Under the pieces are notes generated by a model. That model worked only from the letters and a program-made list of their open reading frames with translations, had not been told where the DNA came from and made no database searches. A stretch of 64,000 nt of DNA from Balanoglossus misakiensis (Eukaryota; Animalia; Hemichordata), in the NCBI GenBank assembly GCA_040954595.2, contig CM082595.2, forward strand, positions 7,670,317-7,734,316, given 5' to 3'. Shown one piece after another: positions 53,208 through 64,000 of this stretch. The first letter of the stretch is position 1. Each line of letters begins with the position of its first letter. A program made the translations under genes and the position numbers.

Positions 53208-54585
53208 ACAGCAACGACTGAGTTGGATGAACGAATTGGTGTTCTACGGGTCGTGATCGGCCAGGACATTTTTAATCTGAATAGTCCCGTGTCCAGCAAC
53301 AGATTGAACATACTAACTGGTATGAGATACCAGCAAAATACGATGTTCCTTGTTAGCGATGACATACATGGACGCAGTGTCATCTGGCAGAATGAAGGTG
53401 GGGAATTTGTGTCTCCTCAAGGCGACGCGGTTGGCGGAGAAATATACGAGGTGAGGGGAATTCCCAAAAGCCCACAGAGACGTGGGATCCCCGACAGCCC
53501 TGGTAGGCCTACACAGAGCCCCCCCCCCCCCCCCCTCAAGATCTGACAGACACGTTCCAACCTTCTACCAGAGACCCCAACTTCAACAGTCACAGGCAGA
53601 TCCAGATTTACAGTGCGCCCCCAGATGCAAGCTATATTGTGTACGCCGGAGGGGCATGGGTATCGATCAGGACATCGTTCAGAAGAGAGGAGTAACAGAA
53701 AGGCCGTGACTTTGGTTACTCACGAAGGCGGAGTATGTCTGACGGAGACAGCCGTTGTTTACGTGAAGGTGCCGCAGGAATTTTCAACCGTTGGCAATGT
53801 GGCAGACATTGTAAAAAGAGAACTTAATTTGGATGCTAGTCCACTTCTGCTCGACAAAAACTTGCTGCCCATAAGAGAGACATCAGCAACGTCGGGTAAG
53901 TAAATTAATAACGTTCGGATTGTAAGCGAAAGTAGACTTTAATTTAATTTAATGGTATGACTGGATGAAGATGACATTCAGATGACTGATTGGATTGTGA
54001 ACCACTCTTGTATGAGTATTGTCACCATCTAATATGTGTAAGGAGTGTTTCCTTCATGCAAGCAGTGATAAGATCTAGCACATTATAAGCATGTACAAGA
54101 TTTCATGATCAAAATATTCTACCTCTGGTTTACCACTATGGGCAATGGGTTTAACAGGAGAAAAGTATTCAAGTTTGTGTTTGAATTTTTTTATTAATAA
54201 TATGTGCACTTAAGCATTTTATGTCTTACTTCTATTGCAGGGACCCTCATCAAGACATGAAGAAAGTCTTCTATCATGCATGGTATGCCTTGATACTGTG
54301 AAGTTCCCAGTCTACTCGTGTCAGGTCCAATGCAACAAAATCATTGGGTGTATGAAATGCATTCTACAACTTAACCGCTGTCCTAATTGCCATGCATCAA
54401 TTCCTGATGATCCACAACCCCTCAGAGGTCTTGAAAGTATGGATATGCTGTATGACCATAGTACAGATGAAGAAATTGCTCAAGCCCTGGCAAACCGTGA
54501 ACGGCATAATGTTCATTCTGAGTCAGAAGAAAATGAAGTTGTTAATTTAAATGATTCCGATGATTCTGATGGATTTTATGGTTGA
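53208..54585 (+). pseudogene. Disrupted spliced gene for an uncharacterised protein with a C-terminal RING-like zinc finger
   Basis: ORFs 53223 and 53613 share one frame, separated only by a TGA (53544-53546). Donor G|GTAAGT at 53895/6, acceptor TTGCAG at 54240. The last exon encodes CMVC..C..C...GCMKC...CPNC and an acidic tail. Donor (phase 1) and acceptor (phase 0) do not match, and no start codon follows the MITE. Confidence 0.6.
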
Positions 54586-55247
54586 TCCTCCTCGTCCAAC
54601 CCCAAGACACTGAGTTCAAGCCAGCCTTATCAGTTTGCACACTACATTCTGAAGTAAACATAAATAATTTTTTGCCATGTAAAATATTTTGTTCAACCAG
54701 CATTCAAATCAGTTTGAACAGAATGGACTCATCACAGACAATTATCTGATTATTTCCACCATCAGTAATTATCCTGGCTCTCTTGTGGAATGAACCAAAT
54801 CCTGGGGGTTGGAGGGGTACGTGGTCTGTGGTGTAACTGGACATCATGCAGTGTTTCTTTTCTGTTTCTTCCAATAGACTGACTCTCTTGTAGAGTGTAC
54901 ACAGTATCTTCACCACTGTAGGGTACGCAATATATACATGGATTTCAGTAACTTAAATTCACACAACAGTAGAAATAGGTAAGACAGAAATAAGTTCTTT
55001 GTGTTACATGTAAAATATCATTAGAATTTATCTATTTGTTGTACATGTATGTGCCTACTGTCTGATGCATTTCTATCATACAATACATTTCTGTTTGCAC
55101 ATCACAGTTCAACTCACACCCTGACACGAACTCATGAATACTTCCATCATTTCCATTATTTGTCAAAAGATGCTCTTGATTCATGGATAATCTAAATGCT
55201 ATTAAGTATCAATCACCGACCAAATCTCTACTTTTACCAATCAACAG

Positions 55248-56653
55248 GTTTAGACAAGATGTTTTTAATCCTGGTCAGGTGGGTGGACACTGCCAACTTA
55301 ATCAAGAAGATATTCTTGCAGAATCTGCACATAAAAGTGAACTACAATCATGGTAAGACTATGAAATTCTCAAAAACTTATATAAATCGACCAAATTGCT
55401 TTTTGTGTTGTTGCAGGTAGCATTACCAATGAGTATTGCTAAGAAAGAGCTAATAGCTTATGCCCTTGAATAATTCCATTCATTTCATAGTCCCACTTTT
55501 CGTTTCTTTTAATTTCTCAACAGAAATATGCCTTTCTTAGAACAACTGAAGGTAAGGGTCAAAGGTTACCACACACTCCAGTGGTGCAGATGTGATCGAA
55601 AATGTTTTGAATGCTACAGTTGTCAAAATATGAGAAATGGAAACATTTTTAGGTTTTTTGTTCATTGCTTTTTCGTCTGTATTTGTACTCATGTGTAAAT
55701 GAGTATGTGTGCAAATTTGGCAAAGAGTGCAGTTGGATGTTCAACTTTAACCCCTCCTCCTTTTCAGATAACTCACAACAGCGATATATTTATTGGTATG
55801 CATGGAGCTGGGCTTACTCATTTGCTCTTTCAACCTGACTGGGCTGTGATATTTGAACTGTAAGTCACAGTAAATGCCTTTCAGAGAACAGACAATTTCT
55901 TAAGCGTCATATCTTTTGGATGATAGTTATTAAAATATATCAGATGTACTGCATCATGCAAGCGGTGCTCAAAACTAATTAAACTGAAGCTTGCATTTTC
56001 ATGTGACAGTTTTACTATTGGTATTTTATAATGTTTACATACCTTCCTGTAAAATGAAAACAAAAAAGCATCTCCATATATTCATATTTTTAACATACTC
56101 CTGTGTTTAATTTCTTTCCCAGATACAACTGTGAAGATTACAGGTGTTACAAAGATCTGGCGAGTCTCAGAGGAATCAAGTACCTGACCTGGGAGAGAAT
56201 ACAGAAATTGGAGAAACATAATGAGGTAAGATTAGATATTGAAAAAAGGCAAAGAGGTTAAAGAAAGTTGTTTTATTTGGAATACAATGCTATATTGCAA
56301 GTCCAACAATCTGTTTCAAAGTGATGAGTGCGTCAACTGTCAATTGTGATCATAGGAATGTTATCTAGTGACTGTGGATTGGTTGCAGGCATATTGGCCT
56401 GAGAATGAAGTGTGTGTAGACAACCAGTGCAAGTGGTCACTCAGTTTTTAATCTGAAATCGTACTTTAGCTAGTTTGACGCTCTCTGTCACTTGCAGACT
56501 GATCACCCCTCCCTATAAGTGCCCCATGCCAAGTTCACCGACTACGCTTTTGACGTGAAGGAATTCATGAGAGTGCTTAAGAAAGGCATTGTGCATGTGA
56601 AGGACCATCCCAAGTACAAGGAAGCTCACCAAAACCCAAGAGATGAACTTTAA
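55248..56653 (+). pseudogene. EOGT: EOGT (EGF-domain O-GlcNAc transferase, GT61) partial pseudogene, 5 exons
   Basis: Exons with canonical AG/GT: 55248-55352 (FRQDVFNPGQVGGHCQLNQEDILAESAHKSELQSW), 55524-55551 (NMPFLEQLK), 55768-55859 ([31 protein letters not shown]), 56123-56225 ([24 protein letters not shown]...), 56498-56653 (TDHPSL*VPHAKFTDYAFDVKEF...RDEL*). These match recalled EOGT motifs and end in an RDEL ER-retention signal. In-frame TAA at 56516-56518; N-terminal and middle exons are absent. Confidence 0.9.
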
Positions 56654-56914
56654 CCTTTCAGAATTTGTCCCAGTCTTTATTAATTGATTATCAGTGTTGA
56701 CTAGTTTTCTTCAATTTCTCAGGAGCGATCACAAATATTTAGCATCTGGGAATCACACTTGTATGTGTGTATATTTTCTGGACCTACTGGCGATCCTTAA
56801 AGAAAGAAATTTACAACGTCACACCATTTTAAAATGTGGAGACCCTTGTCTGTCACGTACAGTTTCAACACCCTTGCAAAACAATTGCATTGTCTTTGCT
56901 GATTTCATCCAACA

Positions 56915-57330
56915 TATCAACTCAAACAATATCTACGACATGAGGGTAACATTTCAAAGCAGGAATACAATGGTTGATTTACATCAGCAATGTTCGCACA
57001 AGCTTTTCTCAGTGTTGCATAATCCACAAGCTCTGAGGGAATCGGTGTGGGTCTCCCAATAATCTTAGATGCTGTGTGAGAGATTTTCAACAGCGTGTTG
57101 TGGTTAACAAAGGAAAGAAACGAGAAATAACACATGTTGCAATAAGTCAAGAGTGGTTCAACAATACTCTGATACAATAAGAGTAGCAGATGTGGATTAA
57201 CATTTAAAGGAACGCAGTCTCCTAAGCATGTGCAATCTCTGCTAACATTTCTTTTGAATAGCTGTTTGGTTGCTGACGAAAGGAGAGTTTATTGTCCAGA
57301 ATAACACCCACATTTTAATATTTTTAATGA
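56915..57330 (-). mobile_element. Decayed non-LTR retrotransposon ORF2 3' fragment (Rex1/Babar or L2-like)
   Basis: The minus strand reads GVILDNKLSF...LRRLRSF.V...LLYQSIVEPLLTYC...ASKIIG...PLYSCFEMLPSCRRY with frameshifts. This is the typical post-RT region of this clade. Confidence 0.8.
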
Positions 57331-57941
57331 TGTTGCACTTATGCATCTTGAGGAATTTATTGGCACTCAGTATCAATCTGTTGCTTCTTATGTTTCACGT
57401 TGTCCATTTGTAAAATGGGTTAGCTGAATGGCCCGCTGGCCATTAACTGTTTCAGTATGCCTAATTGAAAATCGGTTTATTGCAACTTGTCTGCTACAAG
57501 GATACTGTGTGAATGTTGAATCAATCTGCCCCCCATTCCTTCCGGATATGCGTTATTGAATAAACTACCTTAACCCTCATAAAATCGGCAGAAATTTTAA
57601 GGAAAGTGCACATTGCAATTCACGACTTGTTTGTCCATATCAAAGAAAAGATGCTGAATACTGCAACATAACAAGCTAGAAGGATTTAGTATTTCCTGAG
57701 TAATTCTTCTAATTAATTGCCCAGAAGGAACAATTCACTTGTAGGCATTAGCACCTAGGTATGACCTCGCGTCTTAACTCATATGGATTGTGGTGCATCG
57801 CGGTCAAGGAATGTTTGTTACAAAACAAGAGATAACAAACGTGCCACGCAGTCTAAGGAAATCATAGTCACAATGCATGTCTTCAGACGTACAGTAAAAG
57901 CATTTTTTATACTTCAACAACGGAATCATTATTTTATTTAA

Positions 57942-58283
57942 AGGGACAAAGTCTCTCTCCAGCTGCCCTTTTTCCATTAATTATGTTTGATACAAGACAC
58001 CATTTATGTTAATGTAAATGTGGATATATAGTGAATCAATGATCAACCACACAAAACTTCTATCCCACTTGTATGATATGAGAGTAAAAACTCGCCCAAA
58101 ATGAATAAATGGTAAAGAACGATTATTCATTTTGGCGAGTTTTTTCACTCTCATATCCTACAAACGGGATGGAAGTTGTGTGTGGTTGAACGTTCATTCT
58201 CCATATATCAACATGAATAACAAACGGTATCTTGTATCAAATATAATTAATAAAAAAAAAACAGCGATAGAGAGACTGTCCCT
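57942..58283. mobile_element. Fold-back MITE with TTAA target site (Kolobok-like termini)
   Basis: TTAA|AGGGACA...TGTCCCT|TTAA. The two ~165-bp halves are imperfect reverse complements (e.g. TTTGATACAAGA/TCTTGTATCAAA, GATATGAGAGT/ACTCTCATATC). Confidence 0.85.
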
Positions 58284-60461
58284 TTAAATCCAACATTGCA
58301 TCTTATCGTGTAAGCCCGATCGAATCCCGCCAAATGAATTGATCTCAATGACTTTTAATCACTGGCGGAGAGTTGGGTATTCATGTCTTAATCCCTGCTG
58401 GTGATTAATTTGTCTTGTATCGTATAGTAGGACATAATCTTTCAAAGTCCTTTACAGATATTGTGACAAACATTTCTTAACTCAGGCATGAGATTGCCTT
58501 GTCGATGTGGATGAAGTATGTCACCTATTATTTAGAAGCGCCCATGACAGACTCTGTTTACATTACTCCTGTTCACCTATAGGCATGTCAGGTATAGTCA
58601 GTTGTTGCTCACGGTAAGGTTGCTTTTTCATTGTTTTTTTTCAGTTTGAGGCTTAGGTTTCCGTTTGCCCCATGGAATAGTAAACAGACAACACATTTAC
58701 AATGAACATGGCTATGAGAAGTTATTCATTTTGTTTGGGTAGCTCCTTCCGAACCATCTGTCAGTATCAGTGGTATGGACAGCTTACAGAGTAAAGAGTG
58801 TACAGTTGCCAAAGAGAGATTACACTAAATTTGAGAATGCAGAGAATTTGAAAATGCACTGAATTTTTCTGTGCGGGGGAATAAAGTGACACGGCTACCA
58901 GGACTTTGGTAGGAATGAAATGTTTCTGGGCATCTGTAGCGGTTAACGATATGCGGTCACATATGCATATTTAACCACGGAAAGTCGAAATCTAGCCGGT
59001 CAGATTTTCAGTGGATGGCCACACGAAAGAAGCGCACCCCACATAATCATTCGAATACTTGGACACTGCCATTTCACCATATATGGGCATATTTAAATTA
59101 GGGGTGAATGGATAGCTTGAACAGGTGGTATATATGCGTGCTTCCAAGGAGCATGATTGATGGCCCTTGCGGCTGTCAAGAACGGCAGATCTGCCATTAA
59201 AGAGAAATACGCCATAGAGATAAAGTTAGGGCATGTTATTTGCTTGATCTTCCGTGGAGATTCGATTCAGCAAATTTGAAGTCTCTTTATTTGTAGTCGA
59301 CATTCCCTTCTTTGCAGAAGAGCGCCGGTATGTCAAACGATGATAAACTTTGCAGCGCAGAACGACTTGCGTCGCGTCATTTCGCTCCTTCATATCTGAT
59401 TACGATTTCTCTCAACTGCACAGATTGAAGATGGCAAGAACAGAGATTTCACGCGAAATGCGGACTTGTGCACCTGGGCAGCCTCCACGGTCCGTTTAGT
59501 TCATCTTGTCATGTTACATCAGACGTGCACTGAAGGCCCCCCTGTGTTCTGAATGTTAAGCGCCATTATAAATTTTATATGCGCAATAAAATGTCTAGTA
59601 CTGTAGGCAGATTGTTCTCTTAACGGACAAATCTGAGCTAAAAAACCTGTCACCTCTCTGTTTATCGTTTATCGTGATTTCCCATCCGTGTTCTTTATAC
59701 ACTATGAAATTATGATTTCAGTGCAACTTGAACCTAAGAAATGTTCAGAAGACGTATGTATCTTGTCCAGGCTTCTCTATGCGGCGATCGGGTCTCAGCA
59801 ACATATATTTTGACACGGGATGAACGATCGAGCGACATATCAGAAACGGTATGGGCTGGGTGTGTACATACACATGCAAACAAATGATTTTCAGATTGCT
59901 GTATTAATCGAGGCAAATCGACAAACAAACTGTTGTTTGTTGGCGAGGGATGGAGCTACATACATTGAGTTGGTATTGTTTACACAAGGGGCGAAGTTTC
60001 ATAGCTACGGGGATGAAAGCACTAGTTTGTGTATAGACGGTGACCATGAATAGACAAATTATGTGACGTGGGTTTCTAAGAAATAAGATTTTTCTTGCAA
60101 GAGGATGCCCCCATCACGAGCGTTTAGCGCATACATCTGATTCTGAAATGGAGAAGTTTCCTTTTTTATCATACTTGTCTTGTGAATAATATTTCTTTGC
60201 AAAAGAACCAATCTGCGAGTTGTGGGTATTTGCGCAAAAAAAGCGATATATTAGTAGTAAAATCAAAACACTGGTTCCCTTAAACTCCGTTTTATTTTTT
60301 GTTCCGCGATACCTGCTGTTAAAGTAGATTAAAGTTGTCAACGGGGACCCTTCACTCTGTTTGTAAACCTGCCACATCCGTTTTAATTCCTGAATTTGGC
60401 TAAAATTGTAATATATTGATATCAGGTGACTCACTGTTACATTCCATCCACATTTCTATGT

Positions 60462-60463
<2 letters not shown>

Positions 60464-60497
<34 letters not shown>
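60464..60497. repeat. (GAT)n microsatellite
   Basis: Directly visible. Confidence 0.9.
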
Positions 60498-60907
60498 ATT
60501 GGCACAGTTTAACAAGACTAACAAAGCGCATTTCCAAGGCGTATAATCCCAGTGTACACACTTTTCGATCGTTGTTCAATTGGGCATTTGCACGGTCGTC
60601 AAAGGAAACGAGAAAATAATGATTTGGATTGGAATTGATGTTGTCGACGGTTTTTTATTGGTTTGATTAATAAGGACTTTTACAGCATCTTACACGTGAG
60701 TGAGAAATGCATTTGGATATTTGAGTGTTGTTGAGTTTTCCACTCGGTACACACTTTGATGTCATACATATTCAATTTCCTGTTACTAGTATTTTTCAGA
60801 GTGGCAAAGCGGTTTCCACGTCACTTTTCTCGAGTTTCCGACACAATCTCGATACGATTCCCGGAGTAAAGTTTACCTTGAACGTTTTGTAAACCTGCGA
60901 ATGCAAG

Positions 60908-61951
60908 ATGAACTGGTCCAATTATTCGTTTCACGGTGGATTTGCTCAAGCCAATCCGAGTTGTTTTCTTGGTCAACAAAGCCAATTCGCTCTATACGTC
61001 GCTACCTCCAGTCTCGGTATCCTAGGCAACATGGCGTTTGTATATGTGGTTCTGCGGATTCAGCGTCTCCACACATCAACTAACATGTACCTGGTTAACC
61101 TGGCCATAGCCGACTTTATCTACGTCTGCTTGATATGGTCGTACTTGGTTTGCGTCGGCAGCGACGGTGCAGCCTGCCAGCTCCTGTACGACATCATCGC
61201 GCACTGCACCTTCGGTATGCTCATCGACGCCTCGCTGAGCACCTCGCTCATCACCGTTCTGCTCATCAGCGTCGATCGCTACCTGGCGATAAAGGAACCC
61301 ATAAAGTATCGCTTGTTCGCCGGCAAGAGGTCTAAGAACGTCGTGATGATACTGCTCACCTGGAGCTTTGGAGTCTTGGTGAATCTGCCAACTGTAGTCG
61401 ATTGCTATGGCGGGCTGGTCGAAAATGTCGTCCTGAGGGTTGTGCCAGGGATAGTCTACTTAGTTTTCACGACTTCATCCATGCTCTGCGTGTTCATCCT
61501 GTACGTCCTAGCTGCGAAACAGCTCAAGAAATCATCGGCGAACATGTCGTCTGCCAGGCACAACCGGCGTGGAGACGACAAATACATCATCAAAGTCTGC
61601 ATCGCCACTGCCCTGGTGTTCTTTCTGTGTACGTGTCCGCGGGCGATGGTTCTTGCTGTGGAAATTATGGACGTACTCGGCAACGGGGTTTTCGCCTCGA
61701 AAATAACGGACTGCTTTCACAACACAGCCGGCTGCTTTCTTCTCCTGAACTCCACACTGAATCCATTCATTTACAACGTCGTGAGCCAAAAGTACAGGCT
61801 CGCTTTCAGAGAAGCGTTCGTCGGCAACTGTTCCAAGACTGCGCCATCGGGCAAGCATCAGCCCATCACACTCTACCGATCGCAGTTGGGGCGAATATCG
61901 CTCGCCTCGGGTTCAAGCGCGATAACGAAGATCACCGGACTAAATGTTTAA
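60908..61951 (+). CDS. Class A (rhodopsin-like) GPCR, orphan peptide-receptor-like, 347 aa, single coding exon
   Basis: Seven hydrophobic segments: TM1 GILGN, TM2 NMYLVNLAIAD, TM3 ISVDRY, TM4 W, TM6 FFLCTCP, TM7 LNPFIY, then helix 8 SQKYRLAF. N-glycosylation sequons NWS and NYS. Probable 5'UTR acceptor TTTTTCAG near 60799. Confidence 0.94.
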   Translation: MNWSNYSFHGGFAQANPSCFLGQQSQFALYVATSSLGILGNMAFVYVVLRIQRLHTSTNMYLVNLAIADFIYVCLIWSYLVCVGSDGAACQLLYDIIAHCTFGMLIDASLSTSLITVLLISVDRYLAIKEPIKYRLFAGKRSKNVVMILLTWSFGVLVNLPTVVDCYGGLVENVVLRVVPGIVYLVFTTSSMLCVFILYVLAAKQLKKSSANMSSARHNRRGDDKYIIKVCIATALVFFLCTCPRAMVLAVEIMDVLGNGVFASKITDCFHNTAGCFLLLNSTLNPFIYNVVSQKYRLAFREAFVGNCSKTAPSGKHQPITLYRSQLGRISLASGSSAITKITGLNV

Positions 61952-64000
61952 TGGAGAAGCATCACTGAATTCAGTTTGAGCAATCATCAAAGGAAACAAG
62001 ATTTACACCCCAGATGCCCACCAGATAGTTATGTTATCTCGGCGAACATCATTAGGGGGGGGGGGGGGGCTGAATGAACTGGTATAGCACCCACTTATTA
62101 TTCAACTTCATAAATTTAAACGCTAATAACGCATACCCATCAGTAAGCTTATTATTCAATTTGAGTTCGAAATTTAAATCTTGAAAATACTATTAATGCA
62201 AAACAGTGGCAGCTAATGGGGCTTTGGGCCCAATGTGTCAAATATTCCGGCCAAAGTTAAAGAAGATTTTCGCGTGTTTCGATAAATCTAAATTCAATAC
62301 ACTCAGTCGTGCTGTATATTACGCTCCCTCGTTTTGTAATGATCAATTTGCTCAGAGTGTATGAAAATTATTAAAAGCCCAGCAGCAGTGTACTGACGGT
62401 TTCAGTACGTGTTGGAGGAGACACAAATTCAAATTTAAGTAGAGATAAAAATATCTTCCCTCAAAATGACAAAAACCGACAAGTGATACAGTTTGTATGT
62501 ACTAGTGTATTAGTATTTCGCTTAAGGTTTACCATGCAAGATAGGTACTCCACTGCGAAAATGTTAAGTGGCTCTGCAATCGCCAAATGTTCTCTCAGCA
62601 GACTTGAACGAGAAACAGAAACATCTTTAGTATTTGTGTAACCAGAATGGGCGTATTAAACCATTGCGTGTCAAACGTGACTGCATAACCTTGTAATTAC
62701 AGGTCTTAGAAAGAAGCCTAATGACTGACTTGGAAGCATGATTGGTAATATTCACACAATTGGACAGAAGACACACTTCAAAGATCAGCAAATATGGCCG
62801 CTGAGATGTAGCACCTGGGGGATTCTAACGCTTTCAGTTAGTCTCCACCGTTTATCTGTTTACACAAAATCATACTGTCTGATCAAATAGTAGCTAGTTG
62901 GGTTGCTGGATGGTTGTAGCTAGGTACTAGGAGTGATGTAATATGTGTACTTGTGGACATTCGATCTACGGTCTATGATGTAACAAGAAAGGTGCGCTAT
63001 TCACTCAATAATACCGATCATGACGCACACAAAGAAAAGCGCAGTCCCTGCTGTCGGAATCCAAGCCCGTTAATGACTATTCGGGTGCAAGGAAACACTG
63101 ATGACGTTTGTCAGGAATGTTGTAAGGGACTGTAGAAGACAACCGGACAAGACGCCTCTATACACACTCAGCGATGATTGTAAACGGGAGAACGTGGAAG
63201 ATTGAAAAAAAACAATTTCTCGGCATTTTGGAACGTGCATGTAATGTATAGTCAACGAAATGTATTTCTGTATAGAGTTGTGCCGGGTAGCGTGTCCGGA
63301 AAAATTGGGTAGCGAATTCCATATAATATACGTTTGTCTCGCCACGCGAAGAAGTGACATACAGGAAAATATTAATACCTGAACAAAGCATGAAAAGGTC
63401 AGGGTTCAAAGAATGTCTCATATGGTTTTTGATTCCATGGTTAAAGCTTTTCCCCCAACGTAAATATTATTGCTTGATGACACATTAGTTAAATTTGATG
63501 TATTTGTAATAATATCGATGTTCGTCGAATACTGTTTAAAATGTGTATGCCTTTATATCTTGTCTTTTGCCTTTTGCACATGAACAGAACTCGATTCATA
63601 TCTGTTTTTGACGTCATTGGCCCATTTTCGGCTTACGAAGCGCGCTGGGCAACTCAGACGATACCCTAGATAGCATGCCAATACACTCTGGCGCCAACGT
63701 TGACACATCTGTTGAAATTGCCAACGACTTCGTTGAATGATAAACGCGGGTACTTACTAAAGCCATCGACAAGAAGAGAAGGGAGAAACGGATACATTTA
63801 TGTTTACGTCCGGTAATCCGTACGCAAGCCTAAACTATACGGAACATCGTGCGTATTAATCCTATAAAGCTCGCAACGGATATGAAGTGGTTGTGGGAGG
63901 TTGTAAAGTGTGGCACGATCTTGACATTCACGTCAAACACTTACGTCCTCTCTCTGTTTATTCTATCTCAGATAGATATCTCAGAAATAGTCAATCATCA

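Noticed and set aside
55196-55420. 74-aa ORF from the track
   Set aside because: Wrong frame; the real signal is the EOGT exon in another frame.
56516-56518. Programmed readthrough or selenocysteine in EOGT
   Set aside because: The codon is TAA, not TGA, and the gene is independently broken by deletion.
61135-61968. Alternative-frame ORFs over the GPCR
   Set aside because: Shadow ORFs of a GC-rich CDS.

Overview
This is AT-rich eukaryotic DNA with spliceosomal introns, probably from a marine invertebrate deuterostome (hemichordate-like by gene and repeat style; inference). About half of the window is tandem repeat: a ~24-kb satellite of ~100-bp units, 160-, 94- and 93-bp minisatellites, and microsatellites. 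The rest is rich in non-autonomous transposons (Helentron/HINE-like elements, MITEs, a Rex/Babar-type LINE fragment). Two intact single-exon CDSs are present: a TRIM-NHL E3 ligase (49028-51241, -) and a class A GPCR (60908-61951, +). Between them lies a mosaic of broken gene pieces: a RING-domain gene with an internal stop, an exact 42-bp copy of TRIM-NHL coding sequence, an orphan exon-like fragment, and an EOGT pseudogene with a large internal deletion and a nonsense codon (the spliced EOGT is not evident from the ORF track). I see no CRISPR array or prokaryotic system, and no clearly new multi-gene system. The best leads are the gene-fragment mosaic and the structure and origin of the tandem arrays.
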